Assembly: GCF_009914755.1 (NCBI RefSeq)
Contig: NC_060926.1
Source of the DNA: the human T2T-CHM13v2.0 reference genome, Homo sapiens
Strand: one strand, 5' to 3'
Length of the DNA: 64,000 nucleotides
Part shown: in pieces, positions 43,221 to 57,161 of the stretch
Position numbering within the stretch: position 1 is the first letter of the stretch
Layout of the letters: each line of letters starts with the position of its first letter
Position numbers and translations under genes: made by a program
The notes under the pieces: model-generated
Told to the model about the DNA's origin: nothing
Database searches by the model: none
What the model saw: only the letters and a program-made list of their open reading frames with translations

Positions 43221-44439
43221 GGTAGCTATCTGGAGACTTCTGGTCCTTTAGCCCTCATTGTTTAGGTCCTGAGCCCTGACCCATTTTTCCACCTATTTTG
43301 AATTGGATATCCCAGAATAACCCTGCTCCCCCTGGCACGGGTGGATGAACACCCCATCCTGCTTCTTGCAACTGGCAGCCCTTGAATATCCCTACCTGCC
43401 AGAGTGGCCTGCATTTTTCCTTCCCTTGTTTGGGCATGACATCCTATATCCAGGCCCTCCCCAGGAACACTACTTCTGCCCCATCCCACTCTGTGTTCCT
43501 GCCAGCCCTCCACCCCCTAGAATTCCTTTTGGATTCTGCATGCCAGAATATGTAGGGAAGAGTGCCTGGAATTTCCTCCTCAGAACTGACTTAAATGGAT
43601 TCAAACACTGGTGAGCACAGTTCAGAGAGGAAGTAGGATTAGCTGAGAGATTCAAGGAACAAGGGGTCAGTTTCTGAGTATCCCACTTCTGAGGTGAACA
43701 TAAGACTCCATTTAAGCTTCCACTGCCTCAATTCTAAGTTGATGGGAAAGCTACCTTTGAACATTTCTGTGAAACTCATTAAACTAGTTTGAAATCTTAA
43801 AGGCTCTCCATACATTTGCTTTTGAGGCCAGTTTAACAAGGAATCCATGGCCAGCAAAGAGTTATGCTGCTGACTTTACTAGAACTCTAATGGTCCCTTT
43901 TGTTTTTATTAAACGTGGAATCCATTAACCTGTCATTATGGGATATCCCCATGCTATGGAGGCAAATGGTTAATTGAGTGGCACACCTTTAATAGTATAG
44001 TCTGTAATTATAAAAGCTATTTTTAAAACCCCACATATGAACATTACCAAAGAAGGAGGAATTCTCACCATGAAAACCAGCTTTCGGCTTGGACAGCAAT
44101 TACTCATATTTCCTTTCCCTGGCATCAGGAAGACAGGAGTAGACAATGGATTGGTTCCAAAAATAATCTCAAGCTTTTCCCACTTACAGTATGTCAATTG
44201 CCAGGCTTGTCTCCCATGTCTCCAGAAGTGGAAAAACATATACATAGTCACAAACTGCACAATCAACTCCAGCCTGCAATTTGCTGAGGGTCATTTTCTT
44301 GACTGGTCTGAATTACCACGTGGTTAATTTGATTGTCATTGCATCCAGCTGGACTAAGTGCAGGTCGATAGATGTGCGAGGTTACTTGAGCAGAGCAAAT
44401 TAATTATACAAGTGAATTAACTTAAACATGCTTGGAACA

Positions 44440-44528
44440 CCCTGAGCTACTGTACTACTCCAGGGGCGCCATTGGTGTCCTTGTAAGTGGAGTTCGTGTG
44501 CAGTTCACAACCCGTAGATAGCAGCCTG
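44440..44528. mobile_element. MER91-like palindromic hAT relic with degenerate CTCF-like motif
   Basis: actccaggggcgccatt...ggagttcgtgtgcagttcacaacc...gcagcctgg. Confidence 0.45.
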
Positions 44529-45349
44529 GGAGCGCTCTTTCCTTGACTATGTGTGGTTGATGACTTGCCATCAGTCTGTTTCAGCCTAAGTATTACCTCC
44601 TCAAAAAGGCATCCTTGACCATTTCATCCTCACTCCCCAGTCATTAGGTTTATTTTTCCCATGGTACTTACAGTCTGAAATGATCTTGTTTAGTCTCTGC
44701 CTCTCTACACCCAACTGGAAGTTTCTGGAGGGGAGGGATGCTGGCTATCTTGTTAGGAACCTATTTGACACACAGTAAGTACTTAATAGGTATTTGTTGA
44801 ATGGGCAAATTAGATACTTGGTATGTGCTTTTGAAATCCCTAAGAAGTGGCAAATTACATTAGAAATATTTTATCCTATCACCAAAATGCTAAGGTAAAT
44901 TTTCTTCTGGAAATTTTTACTATGCTTATATAGTTTTATTTCTGTCCCATGTTTTACTTTGTCTTATCTTGTCTTCTCCCTACCTCCTGTGATCTTGATT
45001 AAGGTACAGATAATGACCTTAAACATCCTTAAAATAACAGAACCAACTGGTATTTGAGTACCTACTGGATATCATGATGAAAACCATGGGCCTTACATGA
45101 ATGATGAGCTAAGACATAAACATGAAACACTGACAATTTTAAATTATTCAAGCTATCTCTGTGTTCTTCGGGGTTGAGGTGGAAGAGGACTGTCTTTCTT
45201 GACTTTCCATTCTTTGCTCAACATGCTTAAAATAAAAAAGACATACCTTTAAAATATATCTTTTTTAGTACAATAAAAATGTTAACACCAATTTGCAGAA
45301 AGAAGAGCTGTCACAAGGAAATACATGAATAGCTGCCAAATTAATTGTA

Positions 45350-45787
45350 CATTTGACCCTTGAACTACATGGGTTTGCACTTCAAGGTCCACTTAAATGC
45401 AGATTTTCTTCTGCCTCTTAAGCTCCTGAGACAGCAAGCCCAACCCCTCCTCTTCCTCCTCCTCAGGCTATAAAGATATGAAGACAATGAGAATAAAGAC
45501 TTTTATGAGGATACACTTTCACTTAATGAATAGTAAATATATTTTCTCTTCCTTATGATTTTCTTAATAACGTTTTCTTTTCTATAGCTTGCTTTATTGT
45601 AAGAATACAGTAGATAATACATATAACATAAAATAGATATTAATTGATTGTTTATGTTATTGGTAAGGCTTCCAGTCAACAGTAGACTATAAGTAGTTAA
45701 GTTCTGGGGGACTCCAAAGTTATATGTAGATTTTAGACTGCAAGGGAGTTTGGTATCCCTAACCCCATGTTATTTAAGGGTCAACTG
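45350..45787. mobile_element. Tigger2a DNA transposon
   Basis: TIRs catttgacccttgaa / ttaagggtcaactg flanked by TA. Confidence 0.85.
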
Positions 45788-46714
45788 TACAACCATGCCT
45801 CCTACAGAGGCTTGTGAGTTTATTTAGCCTGAGATAGAGATTTTATGAAGGTTGGCACTGAGTCTCAGGATCTAAAAGGGTATATAGTCGAATTGGCTAT
45901 TTGAACCTAAACTGTTTCCACCAATGGGATTAGAATATTTCTGAGCACATCTGACGAGCCAGCTGGGCTATCAGATGTCCATTTGCATAAGTCAATTGTC
46001 AAGAGTTCTCTATGGCACAGGGACAGTAGAATGGAAAGGAAAGTATGGGGCCTGTTGAGGCCCCTGCCAGTCAAGGGCCTCTGATCTGAGCCTATGGAAG
46101 AGGATAGATGCCAAAGGAGTGGCTTTCAGGAAGGATCTTAGTTACAGGGCTGTGAGTGGTGTTTCTTGGCATCCCTAGCACCTGCGCCTTGAGGACTCCA
46201 GGGGCTACAATGCTGGCACCTTAAGGGTGCAGCCTTGGGGTCATCAGGAAAGAGGACATTATGATATTCATGGAAGGCTTGAGCAGGAGTGGCTGCCTCA
46301 GCTGGAAGCATAACAGGGGGAGGAGGGTAAGAGTGGCTGAAACAGGAGAGGAAGAACATGGCAGGAGACACATTTGTGGGGTATTGTGAGGACACATCAA
46401 ACATCCCCCAGGGTGAAATTTCTGGCTATGACTTTGAGGGGCCCAGAGGTTCTGCATCACTCAGGTGTGGCCAGATGCAATGGGGGGAGCTGCTATTGCT
46501 GTGATTCATAGGTCAGTGGAGCTAGGCAAACTCAGATTATAGAATCGGTATGGAGATATTTGAAGAGAAGAGTTGGTCACATAACATGGTGGAAAGATGT
46601 GAGCAAAAGGTTGGCAGTAAGAACATGCATATGGCATTCCAGAGACAGGGTCTTGTTGAGGGTGATGGGACATCAAGCTGTAAAGATGGACTGTAGCCAG
46701 AAGCAGAAGGCCCT

Positions 46715-47054
46715 TGCTATCATCTGAATGTTTGTGTCCCCCTAGGATTCATATATTGAAATCCTAACCCCCAAGGCAATGGTATTAGGAAATGGGGCCT
46801 TTAGGGAAGTGATTAGGTCACAAGGGTGGAGCCCTCATGAATGGGATTAGTGCCCTCATAAAACAGACCCAAAGAAGCTCCTTTGCCCCTTTCACCATGT
46901 GAGATTACAACTAGAAGATGAATCCTCACCAGACACAGGATTTACCTTCATGTTGGACTTCCCAGCCTCTAGAACTATGAAAAATAAATTCCCATTGTTT
47001 ATAAGCTACCTAGTTTCTGGAATTTTGTTATAGCAGCCTGAACTGACCAAGACA
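46715..47054 (+). mobile_element. MLT1A0-type MaLR LTR inside an L2
   Basis: tgctat..ctgaatgtttgtgtcccc...tgttatagcagcctgaactgaccaagaca. Confidence 0.85.
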
Positions 47055-47287
47055 GCCCAGAATGGCCAAGGTGAGGAGGTTGCCACTGGAGGCTGATCAG
47101 AGGAGAATGATGCAGGGAAAGCAAGAGTCAGGGAATTTACCTGGACCAGGTGTTTAGCAGTAGTTTTGAAATTTGCTTTAGCAGTAGAAACATTTGGTCA
47201 AATGAAATCTAATGAAGACACTGCACAGGTATGAAGTAGATCAGACAGGAGTGGTAGAAGGAAGTGTAAAGCAGTGGATAAAGATGG

Positions 47288-47662
<375 letters not shown>

Positions 47663-48053
47663 TCAAACCTGTTTTTTTTCTAATTTACTATAACAAATTG
47701 TTATTTATTTTGTGATTTAAAAATCCAAAGCTATTTTTAAAACTAAAACAATCCATTGCTTCGTTTTTAGAATCAGTTCATAGGCTGTTCTCAGAAAAAC
47801 TTGTCACATTCTTACTCTGGACCTCACATTTCTTTCCAGCACATCTTGCATGCTCTTTAGTAATTGTAGTTCAATTCACAGACGCACCCCCTGCCCCATG
47901 TTACCTCCCTAATCAGTCTGTAAACTGACTAAGGTCAGCTTGTCTTACTCCATGGCTCCTTCCTATTCATTAATAGGTATTCAATTAATGCCTGCTAGCT
48001 GGGGAAAGATCCCTCTGCTGAACTGGGGGGAAGCAGGGTTAGGAAACTTGTAG

Positions 48054-48436
<383 letters not shown>

Positions 48437-48769
48437 TAAATCAATTACCAAATTCCCACTGCTATCTAAAATGACACAGCCACTGCTATCTATTGGGTCC
48501 TAGCCCAAAAGACTGTACCCAAGAGACTCTGCCACTCACACAGGAGAATGTAATCTTTAACTAATTAGGTTAGGATGCACAAAAAAGTGTGGGAGGCTGG
48601 ACGCTAATATAGCTTAGACTTGAGGAAATGCCAGGGTGATGGGTAACTTGCTCCATGTGTTACTTGCAGGCTTCAGACCTGCCAGATGTGCATCTCATAG
48701 GCATTTCAAATCACACCATCACCTGCCCCTGCAAAGCTGTTTTGCTCTCTTACCCTCTCTCCTGCCCTG

Positions 48770-48772
<3 letters not shown>

Positions 48773-48812
<40 letters not shown>
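48773..48812. repeat. (TC)n(AC)n compound microsatellite
   Basis: Directly visible. Confidence 0.95.
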
Positions 48813-50694
48813 CCCTTAGTGTTGTGCTTTCTTTTGTTAACTCTTTTAATCAGACTTTGATTTTCTAGATCTGTATGTTTCAATTAAATCCTAGTCTCTT
48901 TTGGACATTGAACTTGCAGAAGTTTTTTCCTGTATCTTCAGTTCTTGGTTCTTCTGATAAGTGCCTAAGGAGAAACAAATAAACAAACATGAACAAAGAG
49001 ATAAACAGCAAAAACCACTCCCGGAGGCCTTCACATGGAACCCATTCATTATGTAACAACAAAAGGCCCCAAACAACTGCAGACCAGCATGACATATCGA
49101 TGACTTATTCTTTTTAATATTAATGACAGTCTGAAGGAAGTTGTGGTGACAAGTCAGGGATTAATACTGCTATCTCTTTATGAATATCTGATCTATTAAC
49201 ACCACTGGGCTTAATGGGATTCATGAGTCTCAGTCACTGTCATGTCATTGCCCATATTGTGCAATCAGAGATCAGTTTTGCAATGGCTGATAAAAACAAA
49301 GGCCCAGAACCAAGGAGTTCCAGCAGAGAGGAAGGAAATGAAGCTTCCTGCTGGCTGAAGCTGCTCACCCAAAAGAAAGGGAATTAGATAAAGTGAAAGG
49401 TATTTCTCAGAGATGGGCCCAAAGCTGCTTCTGTTTCCTTGTGGCCTCAGGCTGGCTCTAGCTAGTAGGACACCATGACCCAGAGTAACTAAAGGGAATT
49501 ATTGGCATCCTCCCACGAGCTCCTACCAGGCCAGTGCCAGAAACACTCATCTACTCCCTTATGGAAGATCACTGAGTCATGAGATCTGTGGTTTGTCTGA
49601 TTCTCCACTTCCCGAAGCCAGCCAAGGCTAACCGACCTGGGATTCTGAGAGACTGTCCAGGTGAGCTCGGGTGCTTCAGTAGCAACTGGCCTTCTGGGTG
49701 TGCCCCAGAGCAATTCTGAGTCCAGAGATCGTTTCTGGCACCACCCTCAGCTCTCTCAGGGTTCTGGGAACCCAGTGATCAGAGGCTGGCTGGCTGTGAG
49801 ATGTTCTTTCTCTTACCCTGTGGTGGGCTCCACATTGCAGTCACTTCATGCCTGCTGCTAAAAACCTAGGCCAGGCTTATTACCTTTCATCCAGACCAGA
49901 ACTGAAAGCAGTTTCCATCTCCTGGGCCAATTCCAACTAATTGGTAGTGGCTGCCCGAGCACTGTGTAGAGAAAGATTTTGAGTTCAGCAGCAGAGTGTG
50001 GTTGTCCATTGGTGACGATTGCCAGAGGCACAGGTGGGTCACTGCAACTTGCATTCTGTGTGTTTACTAATTCTGATCTGGACCATTACATCAGCCTGCT
50101 AAGTGGTGCACTTACCTCTATTTCCTTCCAGAAAAAAAGATTAATCTTCCAGAAGCATTCTTTGATAAGAGCCTTATCAAAAAAAATTTCAACTCCACTC
50201 CACTTTAGCAACTCAGACCTGTTCTACATTTGTGATCAATCCTTCTCTCTCTCTCTAGCATATATATACACACATATGTAATTATATATACACATACAAT
50301 TCTATATAATTATATATGTATGTATATGTATACATGTGTGTGTCTTCTGTGACTCTTGCCAGCAACCTCAACCCACTTTCCCCTTCCTTTTGCTATGTCA
50401 GTCTTGCAAACCTTTCTCTGTGAATCAGTTTTCTCTGTGAATCATTTTCCCTCTTTCTTCCTACTCAAGGACTCCTGAAGGAGGCTAGAGGAATACACAC
50501 TCTTGTGGTTTGGGTTCTACACAACCTGGGGCCTCTGACCTCGGCTGGGTTCTTAGCACAGTGACCCCTCACAGGCCCCTGGTCAGCATCCTTTCCTCCT
50601 GTTCTGTTTCTCTCTCATCTTAAACCCTCACTGCTGTGTTGCTGTCCCCTCCCCAACCATGACCACCTTTCTCTTGGCAGACCACCAAGGCTCC

Positions 50695-51292
50695 TGTCTT
50701 AGTCATAGTCTATATTTTATCATAGAATTATAGAATTCTGTAGTCATGCAGGTGCATGGCTACACCATGCCTGGCTAATTTTATGTAGTTTTAGTAGAGA
50801 TGGGGTTTTGCCATGTTGGCAAATTCTATAATTCTATAATAAATTGTAGAATTTATTCTATAATAATAATTTATATTTATTAATTAAATATTTATAATAA
50901 TTATAATTCTATAATAAATTCTATAATTTATTATAGAATTATGGTGTTCTATAATAAAACACCATAGACTGGGTAGCTTAAAAACAGACATTTATTTCTC
51001 ACAGTTCTGGAAGCTGGGAAGTTCAAGATCAAGGTGCCAGCAGATTTGATTCCTAGTGAGGACCCATTCCTGCTTGCAGATGGCCTTCTTCTCACTGTGT
51101 CCTCACCTGGCAGAGCAAGAGAGGGCTCTGGTTTCTTCTTCTTATAAGGGCACCAATCTCCTTATGAGGGCTCCACCCTGATGACCTCCCAAAGGCTCCA
51201 CCTTGCAATGTCTCACACTGTGGATTAATTAAGGCTTCAGCATAAGAATTTTGGTAGTTGGGCTGGTGTTCACAAACATTCAATCTATAGCA
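50695..51292 (-). mobile_element. MLT1A-type MaLR LTR carrying a ~230-bp complex insertion (about 50705-50941)
   Basis: tgtcttagtc [insert] ggtgttctataataaaacaccatagactgggtagcttaaaaacagacatttatttctcacagttctgg...aacattcaatctatagca. Confidence 0.85.
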
Positions 51293-51726
51293 GCTTCTAT
51301 TTCACAAACTCCCTGAATTCTCATCCTCAGAGCTGCAGGCTCTTCTGCAGCCACCTCACCTTCCAAGCCCTCTCCTGTATTTTCAAAGAAAAGCTGAATT
51401 CTCACCAGCCCAGAGCCCTCACTGGTGCTCTAGCTCCAGTCTCTCATGAGCCTTTGCTGTCTCCATTATTCCTTTTTTCTTCTTCTCTGCATTTCTGGAC
51501 CCTCCCTTGCAGTATGGGAACATGGTCAGTAATCTTCCTTTAAAATAAAATGCTCTCTTCTCCTTCACAGCTGAGCTCCTGCAGTTGATTCCCTCATGAC
51601 CCCGTCCACTTACCTGCCTTCTCTGTCCATTTTGCAACAGGCAATATCACTTTTCCTAGCTTTCTTAACACCAGGCCTTCTGGATTCTCCTCTTTGCCCT
51701 TTGATTAGTCCTCTTCTACCTCTATC

Positions 51727-52046
<320 letters not shown>

Positions 52047-53376
52047 TAAATGATGGAGTGGCCTAGAGATTTGAAACTGGATCTATTCCAATGCCAAAGG
52101 CTGATTCCGTAAACATGTTGGTATGCCCCAGTCCTTTCCAAGCTGTTTCCTTGTGAGGCGTGAAGGTAGGCTCTGGAAGGTGGGCTGCTGGCACACCTGG
52201 GGATGAGGAGGATAGAGAAACAAAATGATTACCAACAGGGGGAAAAGTATGAAAAACATTCACATTCCACAGATTCCTCATCTGCTCTGCTGCTCCTGTG
52301 GCATCCCCCTTTAGCCCTGTCTAAAGAATGCAAAAAATGTAAATTTCCTGTTTGAATAAGATGTCTGTATTTTAACTGCAAGTATTGTCATGAAGAGGGC
52401 ACCCAAATGCTTCCTTACAATGAGGGCAGCAGCCAGAACTCACCTGCCTGCCCAGCTTAGGGACCTGGCCCATCCAAGAGACCACCAGGACTTTGCTCCA
52501 AAGAGGGTCTGAGGAGAAGAAAGGCTTTTCTCCAAGTCCTGGACTCACACAAAGGGGAAGAAAAAATGAAAGACTGCTCTTCAACTCCTTTATGAGATGG
52601 AAAAGGCACCCCAAGTGGGAGGGGTTGGGCTCAGGGTCTCCAAAAGGGTTTGAGAATTGACCCTGGACCCTTTCCAGTTGGTTTGGTTGGGACTGGTCTT
52701 GGGTTTATCAGAAAGAGCTGTAGATCTGAAAGGGTCTGCGGGGGAGGCCTGCCTCAGCACGGGGCCAGAAAACTCAGACCCCAGGCAGGAACAGCCCGAG
52801 CAGCCTCTCATGGACTCTGGTGAAAGCTGGCATTCTGGGAAGCCAGGTAGTGCCTGAAATCAAATACCTCTTTGTAACCTGGGCCCTCGATTTCTTTCCC
52901 TATGGCCTGCGAGGCTAGGAAATAAGTTGCCCTTGGAAACCGAAGCCCAGAGGTAAACAACTGAGAAGCTCACCAACCAGTTGGAGAAGTTTCACTTCCT
53001 CTGCAGAATGTGGGTTTTGGAATAATAATGCTCTGCTTTATAAATTGCATTCCAGTTTTGAGAGCCCAGTGACTGTAACCATTCATTTCCATAGACAATT
53101 AGTCTCTCACAGTCCTTCTCCAGCCAGGGAGGCTCTGGTGTCTGGCCCACACCAGCTCTGGGGTGATCATGGACGAGGCTGTGCCACCATGAGGCGTGAC
53201 CCAGTATGTGAAAATATAATCAGACCTACCATTTGAGAAACCAGGGTGATAATTTCCTAAAGTGCTTAGTCACCTTTAGCCACTGATTGCTTCCTCTGTG
53301 ATTGGGCCCAGTGTGAATCTAAGATCTATTGGTTACATGAACTTGGCATCTGGTTGGTGCTCCGTGTACCTCATAA

Positions 53377-53477
53377 TTTCCTTTCCCTCCCTTCCCCTTC
53401 CTTCCTCCCTTCCTTCCTTCCTTCCTTCTTTCTTTCTCCTTTCTTTCTTCCTTTCTTTCTCTTTCTTTCTTTCTTTC

Positions 53478-53531
<54 letters not shown>

Positions 53532-53581
53532 CTTTCTTTCCTTTTTCCTTCCTTCCTTCCTTCTTTCTTTCTTCCTTTCTT

Positions 53582-53612
<31 letters not shown>

Positions 53613-53699
53613 CTTTCTTTCCTTTTTCCTTCCTTCCTTCCTTCTTTCTTTCCCTCCCTCCCCCCCTTTTTTTCTTCCTTTTACCCTTTCTTTCTTTCT
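53377..53699. repeat. About 320-bp compound (CCTT)n/(TTTC)n polypyrimidine microsatellite
   Basis: Almost purely C/T; explains the F/S/L and K/E/R low-complexity ORFs. Confidence 0.97.
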
Positions 53700-54684
53700 G
53701 AAAAAGCCTCGGGAAATAAGATTTCACCTGTTTTTATGGATCAGCAGTAGCGGCTCACCTTGCAGTTTTCACAGCATGAATACTGAGGAGTTTTCTTTTT
53801 CCACACTTGGTGTTACAGATTCTTCCAATATTTAGCCTGTGGGAAGAATCCTCACTTTCCGGCACTTCTCAGCCTCCAGTGGAGTTACAGAGTACAAAAA
53901 GAAATGGAAAGACAGGTGTCTGGGAGAGTCTCCCACCAAAAATGAATCTAACCCAATTCCAGATGCTTGACTCCATTTGGAATGGGACTTTCTTATTGTT
54001 TTTCCCTTTGTCTTTGAGATTGGTTTTCATTACTCATTGCTTCCCTAAGTGGATGAAAACTGAAAACATTTTAATTGGGGACAGTAATATTCCAACAATT
54101 AGGAATTTAACTGATGTTTTTGGAAATTCAACGTACTGGCAAGAAAAAAATATTTTGCTCAAATTTTTCATATGTTGATCCAGGAAAGCAGAGAAAGCCA
54201 TTTGTGTTCCAAATAAAAGATGCTCAAATATGGTCAAATAGTGAACTATTACCCGGTTCTATTCTTTTACTTCCTACAGAATATGGGGATCTTTGCAGGT
54301 GTCACCACGAAGCTGATACTTATTATTACAAACATAGCCCTATGGCACTCTTACTTTCCTCATTAACTCTTGTTGAGTGCTTTGAGATAGAAAAATTATT
54401 CATTCTTTTCAACAGTAGAGCCCCCAAAAAGAATGATTTTAAGGAGTTACTCATGTCCATTATTAACAGCACAGCCAGAATATATGTGATGCATTACCAC
54501 ACACTCTTCATTAGTGAATATAAAGACATCAAATAGGATTTAATTTGCCTGCTACAAAGTTAGGGAAACAAATTAAAATCTCCACTTTATTTGAAACATC
54601 TAATTAATTTATCAGCTACTTGCCTCATCACTTGAACACAAGTAAATAAAATTGCCTCTTATAGAAACTATATGGTTTTTGTCA

Positions 54685-54799
54685 TGTTACTTTGTATATT
54701 ATTTTCAAAAAAATTATCCTAGCCAATAGATTTGCAGTTCTTTGTTACTTTGTATGTTATTTTCAAAAAATTATCTTAGCCAATAGATTTGCAGTTCTT
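54685..54799 (+). repeat. About 58-bp tandem duplication (2 copies)
   Basis: tgttactttgtat(a/g)ttattttcaaaaaa(a)ttatc(c/t)tagccaatagatttgcagttctt at 54685-54742 and 54743-54799. Confidence 0.95.
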
Positions 54800-55396
54800 T
54801 TTTCAGTTTTTTATTGTTGTTTTTGAAACTTGGAATGTACAACTGAGAATTAAAGTGTGCTTCAAATTGTACAGGTCATTTACCTTAAAAACCAGACACT
54901 ATCTGTGTCCACTTTAAAAATTGTTCACTATCTGCCTGGATCTAAGGATTCAGTCCTGACTGAACTTTTTATCTCAACTCAGCTCTATATTATTGCATAG
55001 AATCTAGATTTCATGTCCCAAATTCCAGAAAGGAACAGTGTAGGGGAAGAAAACAACTTGATGTATATCCACTGCCCTAAATGGTCAAAGGCAAACTCAC
55101 ATTGATATAATCATCTCGTGAATGTTTAAAATCTGCCTGGTTCAATTCTTTCCAATTCCTGGAACATTCACAAATGCAAAATTAAAAAAAAAAGTCTTAT
55201 CCTTCCCAGAGGGCTTTTAGCCTTTTTTATATATGTGTATATATATAAAATATATATAATTACATATGTATAATTATAATATATATTATATATTATAATA
55301 TATATAATATACAACATTATATATATATGGCTAAAAGCCCTCTGGGAACTGTAGAGGACTCCAGTCATAGCCAAAATATTTGGGGGATGTGGGGAT

Positions 55397-55807
55397 ATAT
55401 AATTATACATATATGATTATATATATTATATATATATATAGAGAGAGAGATTATTTTGAAGAATTGGCTCACACGATTGTGCAGACTAGCAAGTTCAAAA
55501 TCTGTAGGGCAGGCTGGAGACCCAGGGAAATCTTGATGTTGCAGCCTTGATTCCAAAGGCAGAGTCAGGAGGCAGATTCTTTCCTTCTCAGAGGATCTCA
55601 GTCTTTTCTCTTACTGCCTTCAACAATTTGAATGAGGCCACCATCCAAGACGATTATGAAGGGTCATCTGCTTTACTCAAAGTCTACTTATTTAAATGTT
55701 TATCACATCTAAAAAAAATACCTTCACAGCAATATCTAAACTAATTTTTGATCAGATATCTGGGCACCATGGCCTGGCCAGGTTGACACATAAAATTTAC
55801 CATCACA
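55397..55807 (-). mobile_element. MLT2 (ERVL) LTR; its left end is replaced by an AT-rich templated-insertion scar
   Basis: (TA)n(GA)n ttattttgaagaattggctcacacgattgtg...ggttgacacataaaatttaccatcaca. Confidence 0.85.
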
Positions 55808-56248
55808 ACCAGTAATTAAACTCCATAAGGGTGAGATTGGTGGGGGGTGTTGTTTGTTTGTTTGTTGGTTTTACTGTTGTATGTCCACAATTGCACTTAA
55901 GTCTGGCACATACGTGGAGTTATCTTGTTGGTGTCTCTACCCACAGTGAGGCCCTCTTTGCCTTGGTCTAGGTTTTTTATGTTCTCATCAACAGCTTTCT
56001 TTCATGCCTGATTTTGTTCTTACGATCCATTTCTCAAGATTATTTCTCATGCATTGTATAGGTTTACAAAAGCTTCACTCTCCCTCAACCCCACCATCCA
56101 AATAACCTACAGGCCTAACTAGTAAAGTGCTTTGGGAAGAGTTCACATGCTTTTTGTATCATCATTACACCTACTGTGGGACTCACTAAACATTTATTGG
56201 TGAATTAACTTGTTGACTCCTCCTTTTATCTTATCCTTGCGTTTCCTT

Positions 56249-56600
56249 TATGTAAAGCCAGATTAAGACCGTTAGGGGCCCTAAAGCCCCACATAATTTA
56301 AAATAAAATAATTACTCAATCTTAAGTTTGAGAAACTCTTCTAAGTTAGTTTTCTCCAATGATGACTGTTTCGAAGCTTTGTTTGAGATATCAAACTCTT
56401 TCTAAAATTTATTTCTTGCAGGGGAGAGGGAGAGGTTGGCATTTGCTTTGCTGGTGGCTGAATCCCAGGCTTATTCTGCGTTGTGTGTGATCTCATAGTG
56501 CCTTCCCTCCGTGGTGGCAGGGGGTCATGGGAAAGCTGGGTAGCAGCTTAGCCCACCTGCTTATGGTAGCCACAGCCTTGACATTCCTAGGAGGCCAGCC
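56249..56600 (+). repeat. Left arm of 352-bp inverted repeat
   Basis: Reverse complement of 57609-57960; 8 mismatches by manual alignment, all in 56249-56375. Confidence 0.97.
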
Positions 56601-56825
56601 AGGCAGTTGCCATGTCCTTGCCATGCTCCCAAACAGCCCAGATGGCCAGTTGCACAGCCTGTGCCCCTTCACAAGTGGTGGGCAACTTCTTCTAATTGCA
56701 ACTTTGGAACCACAGCTGCACAAGTGCAGCTCACATCCTCACATCTCTTCTATACAAAGTGGAATATTATTTGTATAGCAGTCAACATAGTTAAGAGATT
56801 AAGGAGTAGATCAAGTAGCATCTGG

Positions 56826-57161
56826 GACCCTCTGTATCCATGGGTTCCTCATCAATAGATTCAATCCACCAAGGATAGAAAATATTTGGAAAAAAAGGAA
56901 ATTCCACAAAGTTCCAAAAAGCAAAACTTAAATTTGCCATGCACTGAGTACTACATTGAACCCACATGAATGAAGTGTTGTGTAGGCATTGTATTAGGTG
57001 TTATAAGTAATCTAGAGATGATTTAAAATATACAGGAGGATGTGTGTAGGTTACATGCAAATACCGCACCATTATATATAAGAGACTTCAGCGTCTTGGG
57101 ACTTTGGTATCCAAGGGGGGATCCTGGAACCAACTGCCTATGGATACTGAGGGACCACTAT
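56826..57161. mobile_element. MER2-type Tigger element inside the inverted-repeat spacer
   Basis: ccctctgtatccatgggttc...ataagtaatctagagatgatttaaa...tggatactgagggac. Confidence 0.85.

Noticed and set aside
45981-46000. Octamer ATTTGCAT as an OCT4-SOX2 composite site
   Set aside because: The adjacent bases (aagtcaa) do not fit the SOX half-site spacing; a lone octamer is expected by chance
53298-53750. F/S/L-rich and K/E/R-rich ORFs
   Set aside because: Translations of the CT microsatellite
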